A stretch of DNA of 64,000 nucleotides from Dicyema japonicum. Lineage: Eukaryota > Animalia > Dicyemida. Where the stretch lies: the NCBI GenBank assembly GCA_011109175.1, contig RDEW01000017.1:62001-126000 (forward strand). Direction: 5' to 3'. This document shows positions 51,901-62,269 of this stretch, piece after piece (position 1 is the first letter of the stretch; each line of letters opens with the position of its first letter). A model generated the notes under the pieces. It did not search any database, had not been told where the DNA came from, and saw only the letters and a list, made by a program, of their open reading frames with translations. Made by a program: the position numbers and the translations under genes.

Positions 51901-52035
51901 ATGCCTCACATTTAACCTTACTCAAGTTCCGTGATAATAAAAATTTATTCATTCAGCTTTTTTTATAAATAAAAATAAACATTAAAATTATTTTAATAAA
52001 TAATTTAAAATCGATTCAAATATTGTTTTTTGTTG

Positions 52036-53497
52036 ATGGCTCTTCGTCCTGATAATCCACCAACTCTAACAGCTAAATTAGCCAAATCTAATGGTTTGAA
52101 TAACAATTTGTCCAGAGAAGAGATACGAAAGCTAAAGGAAATTGAAGAAGCTCGTAAGGCTGGGACCATTCCTGCTATGAAAGACGAACAAGGAAAAGAC
52201 ATAAACCCTCATATGCCACAATACATCATGCAAGCCCCTTGGTATTTCTACGCTACAAAACCTACTCTCCAGCATCAGCGACTTTCTAAGGCAGACCAGG
52301 CCAGGAATGGTGTAGGAATGGATACATGGCACAAAAAGGGGGAGAAAGAAGACGGTCAACCACGTGGGCAGTGGAAACCTGGGTCTTGCGAGAACTGTGG
52401 TGCCACGACACACAAACGGAAGGACTGCTTGGAGGTTTAACGTGATTTCTTTATTTCCTAGAGACCGCGAAAAGCCAACGCAAAGATGACGAAGAAGGTG
52501 TTTGCTAATGACGAATACCTTACGACAGATATTCCGTTGTCCTTTGACGGAAAACGAGACCGTTGGAACGGTTACAATCCGGAATCCTATGCCATTGAAT
52601 ATGAACGGTTCAACAAAATAGAAGAAGTAGCATAAATCACTCATTCTCAGGCAAAACGGGAGGCACGTTCAAAGCAACTGGATGAGGGTGCCAAAAGCGA
52701 TAACGAAGACGAGAAGGACATTGAATCTATGGATATGCCCGGGCAGAAATGTACCAAAGACTCCAAAACGCTCATTACTGTCCGGAACTTGAGAATAAGA
52801 GAGGACACAGCAAAGGTATCCCAATTTGTGTCAGTTTTAGTATTTGTATGACTTAAACCCGAATTCCTCTTTTTACGACCCCAAGTCCAGATCTATGAGA
52901 ACGGCTATTTATAAGAATGGCTCAGACGAGTTTTCATTGATTTTTATGTTTTAGACATGGATATGCGGGAGAGAACTTTTTGAGGGTTTCTGGGGACGCT
53001 CCGGAGTTTTTGAGGCAACAATGTGATATTTGTTTGTTATTTTAGTGTTTTCGTGGGAATTAGCAGATAAAGGCGCGAATATTAACTTCCAGGCGGACCC
53101 GACGAGAATGGAGATCTTATCTGAGCAGTACCGTAATTTGAAGGAGTCGACGAGCGAGGCCAAACGGCAGTCGATATTGGAAATATATGGGGGACACGAA
53201 CACTTGGAGAAGCCGCCTGAGGTGTCTTTGATGACCCAATGTGTATGTCTTGGCTGTTTATTATATAGGAAGAGTACAATGAGTATTCAAAATATGGGAA
53301 GGTCTTAAAGGGGAAACCAGTACCCCTGTCATCAAAATAGGAAGATGTGTATATTAATAATCATAAGGTTGTGATTTCTGTTATTTGAGTCTGTGTTTGG
53401 ATCATACTGGTGTAATGGGAAGTGGGGTTATCGCTGCTGTAAGTCGTTTATTAAGAATTCTTACTGTATTGCATTGGATAAAGAGGAAACTGTTTGA
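52036..53497 (+). CDS. SLU7: Pre-mRNA splicing factor SLU7, 7 micro-introns, one in-frame TAG near the C-terminus
   Basis: [15 protein letters not shown], zinc knuckle [56 protein letters not shown]-terminal [23 protein letters not shown] at 53338-53340, terminal TGA at 53495. Confidence 0.95.
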
Positions 53498-53599
53498 CGT
53501 GAGACTAATTTATTAGTTAATAAATTTTCTTTTTATTTCAGTTTTGTGTTAGCTGAATTAGGTGAATTTGAATTATAATAATACTGCACTTTACGAAGC

Positions 53600-54480
53600 A
53601 TATAGCTAGTCCCAGGCAGGACACGCTTTATTTTAAGCAAAGAACAGCTAACATAGATAATCGTAGAGGGAGAACCAAAGAATGCTCCGTTTCTGCAGTT
53701 AGATGTTCACTAATGACGTTGTTACTCCTCATACTATTTTGTAGTTGATCACTATCATTTACTAAGATTCTTGACTTGCTATATGCATAACGAAGTCCAT
53801 GGAGCTGGTGATGTAGCTCTGTCTACATTGTATAGCTCTAGTAAGCCTAATGTCTTTGTATCTTCCAAGAATATATCGCCCCTTTTCTTAATGGACTAAG
53901 AGATAATGGGGATTTAAGAATTTAAAAATAAGGAAGCATCGGATGCCTATGTTCAAATCATGTCTTGCCTGAATAAGAACTTGGAAGGCATTCTGTTAAT
54001 TAAATAGTGTTGTCATGACAACGGCTTATCTATCTTCATTAAATCACTAATTATGGCCATCTAATTCATGTCCTCGGAAATTCTTCTTTTATAAGGAATA
54101 CTGACGCAACATTTAGCTCCTTCGTTTTCTCCTTGGTTAGATCAATCACCGTGTACTCGTTATACTGAGTCGTCTGAATGCAGATATGAATTCCTCTTCA
54201 GTTTCGATTACTTGTGTTACAAGAAATCTCTCAGCAATTTCTTAAACAAGAGATTGAATGTCCTTTGTTGCACTTCAAACACTTGGGGATCACATTACTC
54301 CATGTTCGAACCAGAGATCCTCCAATATCATACACAAGTCAATCTGCAAGCAGTGGAAATGGATAAAAGCATCCAATGCTTGAGTTTGTGGGAACAGTCC
54401 AATATGTGGGGGAGAGAATTATGACTCCAATCAACTAGATAAAAGGAAGGATCAGAGGAACGGAAGGGAAACCTTTACCA
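53600..54480 (-). mobile_element. Highly degenerate RT relic (RTE-like)
   Basis: FNLLF...HSDD-like motifs on the minus strand; tail cgctttattttaag shared with 57003-57016. Confidence 0.4.
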
Positions 54481-54515
54481 AGTAGCCAGTGGAGGAATCA
54501 AACACGTGGCCACTG

Positions 54516-54845
54516 TTAAATTATTAACCCCAGTTTCGCTAACATGTAGGTAACTGGCAACTGTCAAAAATCATGCCGTTAAGACAGGACGCTCCCAGAG
54601 ATCCATTACATTTACGTCGAGTCTTGGTGGTCCATGGTAGGCAAAGAAATCCCTAGCTACTCTCCCAGCCAGAGATGGATGATGTCCACATTGTAAACGA
54701 TAACGTTCTGCTCTGATGGCCTTCGAAATAAGAAATTCTGAAGCGCTAATCTCAAGTGGTCTGCGCTCTAGCATCTTTCTCTTCGAGGGTTCGTATGGCA
54801 CGTGTGGACACAGTCATGCCCACTAACCTACCTGGCCTGAAACGC
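54516..54845 (-). mobile_element. Ingi/Vingi-like LINE 3' end
   Basis: ERYRLQCGHHPSLAG...DLWERP; terminus gcgaaactggggttaataattt matches 39561-39583. Confidence 0.85.
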
Positions 54846-54898
54846 CGAATGAGTTAAAACAACAATTATAAGAATACAATTTATTTTCATAATTTCAG

Positions 54899-56517
54899 TT
54901 AAATAATCGAGGAAGTCGAGCTAACGAAGCTCGGGAATATAACGGAGACAGCTATGATATTTGTGATGAGGTAAATAAAAAAGAACAATCTGTCGAGAAC
55001 CAAGGCACATGTTCGCCATTCGTTCAGCATTTTTTCAGATTCTTCCTTTTCTTTGTGACGACGCAAATATTCTCGAATGTTATCCCTGATTTCCCGAATA
55101 TCATTCTCCACACTCGCTGATGCATTGAAGGATGTCCTCTTGGTCGAGTTATTCGATTCCGTGGGTAGAATTAAGTGACTCTGATAGGGGGACGTTTCCA
55201 TATCCTTCCAATCCTGTATCTCCACCTGTTCGATTCCCAGAAGTGTTTGCTGTTGATTATTTTTTGGTTCAATCAGATTTTCTTTGCTCAGCTGGAGTTC
55301 GTTCTCCATGCAAAGAAAGCGTCCCAAAGTCAGAATGATCTACGTGTAACGAATTCACCCACTTTTTTGACTTTCCGTGGAATTCGATTCCGTTTTTCCC
55401 CCCGCATATAAAAGTTGACCACGATTACTGCAAGGAACGTCGAAAGAGTGATGAGGATCATGTTAAGGACGAAATATGCTCCTGGGAGATAATACATTAG
55501 GTAACCCAAGAGAGGAACTGTCGAGGCAGCCTTCGGAGTGGACTCGGCTAGTAGTAAAAGGAGCACGAAAAAAGCTACGTAAATGTTCATTCCTGGGGGG
55601 TATCAGACCAAAGTGAACCTAGAAGCATTTTTGAGGGAGACTCTGGGGGAATCCAGAAAATTGCGAGGGTCAACATGGACAGAAGGACACAGGGGAGAAC
55701 GAGAATGTAGTGATAGAACCCTCCCTTTCGTTGGAGTTTAAGGTAGAATGTAATGTCCACGAAATATTCTGGACAGCAAACGTATTTTTTGACATTCCGT
55801 ACCGCGTTTGACTCAATGATGTACCATTCGTTGCTTTCGACGTAATCCGCGAGTTCAAAACCTGCGACGTCTTTGTAAAAGGCAAGGTCGAGGTCCAGTC
55901 CATTGTAAGTCCAGGACCCAAACTTCATAATACATTTTTGTGTATCAAAGGGGAAATATGTGATGTCGATTGGACAGGACGACTTGAATATAGTTTGAGG
56001 CATCCAAAGAACTCTTCCATTTGAGGATATCACTAAAAGTGCGTCTCTTTTTTCTTCCAATCTCATATCAGCACTAAACATGTGCGTTAATGTTTAATTA
56101 AGGATACTAGTTGTATAATTTGATGTCAGGAGTCCAAGCATGATGACTGGGTACGCGGATCGTTTCGACGTTTCCGTAGTCTGAGCTATTCCATGTTAAC
56201 AGGTTGTCGATCCAGGACTACCAGAGTTATAAGACATCCTACGTAGGTGCACCAAACGTTCGTCGAAAGGACTTGGTTTTTTTCGTCAAGATTCAGGATT
56301 TGTATTAGGGAGAGGCCAAACTCAACAATGATGACATCGGAGGTCTTGTTAACAGGCCTTCCAAGAACTCCCGATTCGCTATAGAAACCCAAAAGTTCTT
56401 GGATTAAGATTTTCTCTTTCGAAAGAAAAATTGTATCTGCACCTCAACAGATCAGGTACCATTTACTTCCGTGCTCACGTAGCAAATCTGAAGGATCAAA
56501 GGCAAAATGAAAGTCAT
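54899..56517 (-). CDS. Nicotinic acetylcholine receptor alpha-type subunit, anion-selective (ACh-gated chloride channel) clade; intact
   Basis: Signal peptide; [18 protein letters not shown]; WTPDIKLYN; Cys loop [15 protein letters not shown]; loop C YVCCPEY; M1-M2 linker [11 protein letters not shown]; M2 [19 protein letters not shown]; M4. Six introns of 23-34 nt; no lesion seen. Confidence 0.95.
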
Positions 56518-56739
56518 CTTAAATATTCCACATAAAATAACTCGTCGTAATCCACGTTATTAAGCACTTTTTGACGGTAATTGTTTGTTACTGCAGTTAC
56601 TTTTTATGATACAATTAGTAGGTCGATGAATATAATTAGTTTTGTTTATTAAGGCACATCAATAGTGTATAATTGGATTATGCCTAACTACTAACGAAAC
56701 AATTTAATTAGTACTCATTCTGAGTAATAGCCTCTCACT

Positions 56740-56950
56740 GTTTCACGCAAAGAAAATCGGCTGGCAAGGAAATTTCCGTCCCTAATCGGCTTTTTCTGGA
56801 GGGATCGAAGAAAGCATTTTCGTTCGGCAGTGGGAACAATGGAGACGTACAGGCTATGGATGGCATGTTTGGTTGCGGGAACTGGGATCACCTAACTAGT
56901 TGACATTTCTTTTGTCTTTCTTTCTCGATGGTCTCGGGATTAATAAATAA
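56740..56950 (+). mobile_element. LINE 3' end, same family as 42612-42912
   Basis: RKENRLARKFPSLIGF...GTME...AGTGIT*, tail ctcgggattaataaa. Confidence 0.75.
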
Positions 56951-57099
56951 TAAAACACACAGCCTTCCGGCAAGGAGTAGGTACCCTACCTTAGGCATAA
57001 CTCGCTTTATTTTAAGAAGTATAACAGTAATGTAACTAATCCGTATCAAAGACATTGAAAGTGTTTTGAGTTTCGTTCTTTTCTTTTTGTTTGTTTGTG

Positions 57100-57250
57100 A
57101 GTTCCAGTAGACAATCTAGTTCCGCAGTGTTGAGACACTGGCGTCACTCGTCAACCCCAAAGCATTGTAGTTGAACCTTCAACCGAATGGACAGCAGCGA
57201 GATTCGAACAAGGGACTTCGTGGACTTATTACACTGAGTCATCCATAACT
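57100..57250 (-). mobile_element. Second, degenerate copy of the tRNA-derived SINE
   Basis: Reverse complement gttcgaatctcgctgctgtccattcggttgaaggttcaactacaatgct aligns with the copy at 41821. Confidence 0.6.
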
Positions 57251-57479
57251 TTCAATTAGTCTAATTATTAAAACAGCAAAATTATTTAAATCATTAAAAT
57301 TATTTAAAAGGAACAGTAAAATTAATTAAATCTAGGGAGCTTGAATGTTCTGGCTGCTTCCTCTGACGTTTTCGTAGTTGAGAGTTCCACTTATTTTCAC
57401 TCCAATTTCTGAACCGTTCCAAAAATTGCTGCTTGCTGCCAATATCCGGAAGAGTAATTAGTAAGTCGGCGTACTCTGG

Positions 57480-58570
57480 AATCAAGAAGACACGGGGAAA
57501 TCAAGAAGACACCAAGTTTGTCACCATCGTGGGGAAGTGATTATCCTCTTTCTATGTAAGGACTTTTACCCCTAGGCCTTCAGATAGCTTCTTCAGGAGT
57601 TTCCATCCCTGTTATCCTTCTTACAACCGAAGGACGTGCTATTGGAGTTGAGATCCCCTCCCAGAATAGCCATCGAGTTTTCACGGACGAACTCAGAGTT
57701 CTCTCAAGTACATTCCCTCAAGGATTTTGAATACAGACCGCCAATGGCGGCCCAACCGTCGACACAACAAAACATCAATGGCAACAAACTCACAAAAAAC
57801 TGATGCGACAATTCTCGGATTCCTTGTTTATAGGTGATACCGATAAAAATTGATGCCCCGGTCTCTGGTGTAGCCCCTTCATCCAATGTAGAGATACAGA
57901 TTCGAAACCCTGGAGTACCAAAGTCTTATCTGACTTTATCTTCGTGTAGTTCAAATATTAAATCAGCCTCCTCAGTCTTCGCCTGGGAAGCTAGCTCGTG
58001 ATGTTTCCTCAGGATTGATCGGGCATTCACGAGCATGATCCTTATGTTTTGGATCACCGGTCTTGGCGGCCTGATCTCCTCAGGACCAGAGCCACTACGT
58101 TCAGTAAATCCAAATTCATTTACCACACTCTTCATTCAAGCGGTTAATCACATACGTTAATTCTCTTGATGTTCCCCGGAATAGGCTCCCAGCAAGACCT
58201 GTTAGCTTCTCCTCCAGATATTCATCATCCACAATTGACTTTTTCTTGTATCAACAGTGGGGTGGTCTTCTGGCCCACCCACAGCCGATTTCCATCCACT
58301 AAATGAAATAGCCCATGCGTATCAAGGAAGCAGCTTCTGCCCTCGACTAAGCTCACCTTCACGGAGTTTTCTTTTATCTCTTAATAGATGTTTTACCGAC
58401 TCTGTGGTTGGGGAAGTTCTTTCATATAAACCATCGTCTTCCTCAATCCATATTGCCACATTCTTTAGAACATTTCCGAAAGCCTCTTGGATTTCGATCA
58501 CCTTATAGTTTTCCTTCCCGAAAGAAAGACAAATTGATTTCTTCACTGAATAGGATTTATCTGACTCTTT
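57480..58570 (-). mobile_element. Degenerate LINE 5' part (ORF1-like remnant plus APE start)
   Basis: IRIMLVNARSILRKHHEL...EEADLIF.E is an APE N-terminus. Confidence 0.6.
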
Positions 58571-58880
58571 AAACTCTAATCGGAAAATCCCGCGACTTTT
58601 TCAAGTCACTCTAGCGATCTTCAGGGATTTCAGTCCACATAACAGGTTTGCAAATTTAATACTGCCCATCCTCTTGTCAATGGCCTAGAGTTCAACTGTA
58701 GATACATTCCGTTTACATTCACAATGGTATGACACCACGATAAGGTTTGCACGTGGCTTTTTTTGATTGGTGATCTTTTGAAGAGACGCGGGAAAATATC
58801 ATTTAATTGAATTATAAATATCAATAATAAAAATAAAATGCCAATCAATAAAATATATAATAATTTTGATAACCCGTTTT

Positions 58881-59900
58881 ATGAATAACGTTAGTAAGGT
58901 ACTTATTTTCTCCTAATTAATAAAGTATCTCCCATACTTGTCTGGAACAGTGATTGGTGGAGCTGCTTTCTGGTACGCTTATCGGACGTTTTTCATGGAC
59001 AGGACAGTAAAACTATTGGTGGACAAAGCGATCAAGTATCCCCTTAAAATAATCGACAAAACTGTAAGTCTCCCTCTTATTTAGGTTATCTCTCCTGACA
59101 CAATCCAACTCCGAATTGAACTACCCACACAAGACCACGTGCTCGGACTTCCTGTTGGGAATTGTATTTGTGTTACTTCCGAAATTAACGGGGAAAGTGT
59201 GACCAAGCCTTATACTCCAATAACTCCGTTGGATACCAAAGGATACTTCGATCTTGTTGTCAAAGTTACCCTTATTTGTCACGTGTGCAGATTTATAAAG
59301 CCAACATGAATCCAAATTTCCCAAATGGAGGGAGAATGTCCCAATATCTGGACAGGTGTGCTGGGGGACTACATTAACGTGACCGGACCTTTCGGGAAGA
59401 TTAAATATCTCGGAAATGGTTAATTTTCCGTGATTTCCTTAGGCGAGTTTTTCCGAAGTCAAACGGGGGCAAAGAATACTTGCAGCAACGTGGTCATGGT
59501 TGCTGGGGGAAGTGGATTAACCCCAATGCTTCAAATAATAAATAACTCCTTATCTAACAAGTCAGAAAATATCAAATTTTCCCTCATTTTGCCAATAAGG
59601 TGGGGGTTTGGTTTATGCAGAGCGTGGATGATATCTTGTTGAGGGACGAACTAACCGAGCTAGCAAGACAGAACCCTGACCGCCTCTCCGTTACCTTTTA
59701 CTGTGGACAGTGTGGCTGAAGGACAGACCGGCTATAATGGCTATGTGGGGTACGTAACCGAAGATGTCATACGGGCTTCTTCCCCAGTCCCCTCTGATTC
59801 TGTGTTTGTCATGTTATGTGGGCCCAAAGGGATGATTGATTTTGTCAATCCCATTCTTTCAAATATGGGATACTCAAGTGGGTCGATCCATGTGTTTTAA
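58881..59900 (+). CDS. CYB5R: NADH-cytochrome b5 reductase, 5 micro-introns, -1 and +1 T-run indels
   Basis: N-terminal anchor, LGLPVG, KPYTP, FPNGGRMSQYL, GPFG, MVAGGSGLTPMLQ, LCGPKGM, TAA at 59898. Intron example 59064-59084 (21 nt). FANK needs one more T at 59587-59590; TFTVD needs one fewer T at 59696-59699. Confidence 0.93.
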
Positions 59901-60169
59901 TTCTTCTTCGGCTTCCTTCCTTAACTGGCCCTTATTTTTTCATTTTACTAATATCTCTTATCGTTAATTCTTGAAGAGGTTGTTAATGGCTATTCTATAT
60001 CTGCGATACAGCTTAATTTAGTCTTTGGTCTCGAACAATGGTCCTCGGTTTGGATTCCTCTGCTGGCTACATGGCTGAAAATTCTTTTTGTGTTTTCTGT
60101 ACCTTTCTACTTTCACTCAGATTGACGTCATGTGATCTACTGGCAAAGTCTCCTGGAAATTTCCTTGTC

Positions 60170-60320
60170 TGGAATCCTGCCTGAGATACGAAAAGAAACC
60201 TTCCCCTTTGTGGCGATTAATCCAGAACTCCAAAACTAACCATAGAAGAAAGCCTGGTATGGATACCAGGACTTAATTAGACGACAACTCTTGTCTTCTT
60301 GTAGTTCCGCGGTTATTAAA
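60170..60320 (+). mobile_element. LINE 3' end, same family as 19550-19700
   Basis: gagatacgaaaagaaaccttccc...ccaaaactaac...; tail ccgcggttattaaa. Confidence 0.75.
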
Positions 60321-60369
60321 TGTGATCCACTTGTTTCAGGACCCCCAGTGTCAGGATAGTATTAAAAAG

Positions 60370-60760
60370 GATCATTTGCTCTCATTTATTTGAGGATTAT
60401 TCCTTCGAGTGGTTCTGGATTGCTTGTGCTTGGAAAGATTTGTCTGTGGGAGTGTGGCCGTTGGAATTGGATATTCTGTCCTTTCCAGAACTCAAAAGTT
60501 GATTTTCAAGTAAGAAATAGTGTAAAACAGTTGCCACGTGACTGTCGAAGCCTCCAAAAATATCGAATAGGGTACTTACTATTCTTGGATTCACTGTGAT
60601 CCGATGATTTATCAAGCCAGGCTATGGACTGTGATTTGGCCCATGATGGCGAACTAGTAATGGCCAACTCAGTGTATGGAGTAAACGTGACTTTTAATTT
60701 TGCATTTCTTCACGTAGGTGTTGTAGAGGTTGTATGAAGACAAACCACGTGGTGTTTCGG
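60370..60760 (-). mobile_element. Degenerate LINE RT fragment
   Basis: LYNTYVK... and YPIRYF-like remnants of the LFNLYV/YADD/YPKILG region. Confidence 0.4.
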
Positions 60761-60909
60761 TTGTTCATAATATTTTCGTTAGGTTTGTACAAATCGGACA
60801 TATTTGTGGTGTTTCATGGTTGATTTGTGGTGTTTCATATCTTTCAGACGACGCAAGGCAAGAGTTTTAGAACAGCGTCCTTACTGAATCCAAAAAACAA
60901 AATTCTGGA

Positions 60910-61090
60910 GGGCGGCTGTGAAATTTTCGTTAAAAAATTAGCAGGAAATTAAGTTAAAGATGACGACCAGTTGAAATTTTACGGGCTTTTTTCGAAGGGC
61001 TTGGATAAAGAGCACTATTGGTGACCGATAAATTGGGACGACCCTGGAAGACTTTTTCATCGGAAAGAAGTTAGGAGTTATGGGGGATTA
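60910..61090 (+). pseudogene. Acyl-CoA-binding protein (ACBP) domain relic
   Basis: FVKKLAGN*VKDDDQLKFYGLFSK...STIGD...GRP...FIGKK resembles the ACBP consensus L.LYGLYKQAT.GD...RPG..D..GK.K; stops and frameshifts. Confidence 0.5.
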
Positions 61091-62029
61091 TATTTGAGTC
61101 CTAACTTGTGACTTGGACACTTCACCTGGACTCTCCTTCCTTTATGAGTGAGTTCTGGATCTTTGATCTCCTCTAGATCCTCCAATACGTTGAGAATTGG
61201 TCTAAGAAGCTTCTCTTGCTCTTCGGCCAGATCTTCACTTATTTTTTGTTTACAGTAGTCTTTATTGCAGCTCTCCCTGCTTTCTCAAGGAGGGATATCT
61301 CCTTCGAAAAAAGGGACCAGCATCACGACCCGAAAAATAAAGAAGGTATCTTTCTAATGCAGAGAAGTGCTTGAAAGCCCTTCTTCTCATTTTGATACCT
61401 TCCATAAAGTCCCTGTCCTTCCATCAACACTCCACGATAGTGCAAGTTAATTATCGATTACCTCAGGAAAGTCCATCACCTCACTTTTTCACCTCCAACA
61501 AGAAACTGGGAAGACGAACAGTTGATTTCAAGGAAATCTCCCTTAGCAACTTCCAAAAATCCTGGCGATATGCAAATGCTCTTTTCATAATTATCCCGGG
61601 GGTACTTTGCTCTTTTCTAAAATTATGCGAATCTATTAAATTAATAACTTGCGAAGAATGCAGGAAATTAAAAACTTTTTGAATATATATTTTATGATTA
61701 TCGCGTTTTTTGGTTGAACTGGTGACGTGGTTCTGAATAATTATGTCGCGAGCGCTGAGCGTGACAGGTGATTTGACAGATGCCAATATTTGTCATGTTA
61801 ATTAAAATTAATCAATACTCAAGTTTTGGAATAATTGTGCATTTTTATATAAAATCATTATTTTTAATATTAATCTTAGGTAGTAATAATTATTATGAGT
61901 AAAATTATTTTATAAAAGATTTACACCAATTATCTTTATAAGTAAAGATGATAAGTACCTGTATAATTTGAGAGGGTGAATTTGCAGTCTTCATTATTCT
62001 AGAAGAATGAATAGGAAGATGGAAGTGCA

Positions 62030-62200
62030 TCTATCAAATATAAGTTAGATGTTGGAGATATTGTATTGTTAGTTGCTTATAGGTTCGTATTCAAAAAGAT
62101 TATGGGACAAATCCTTCATAATTTTGTCAAAGTCGAAGATAGTGCTGGGTCTATTAAGAAAGTTCATTCACGACGACTAAAAAAATTAAAGACGACTTGA
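62030..62200 (+). mobile_element. Ty3/gypsy integrase C-terminal (GPY/F-like) relic
   Basis: YKLDVGDIVLL...KKVHSRRLKK*. Confidence 0.35.
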
Positions 62201-62269
62201 AATAATAGTTAATTATGTAATAGATTTTTTTTAAATTTATTTTTTTATTTAAAACTGCCATCCATCCAA

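Noticed and set aside
56444-56460. 17-nt first intron in the nAChR
   Set aside because: An in-frame AG 6 nt further on gives a 23-nt intron that fits the size distribution.
61100-61790. Short open frames (61371-61682, 61481-61786 and a minus-strand helical stretch)
   Set aside because: No motif I can identify; possibly gag or transposon debris, but unsupported.
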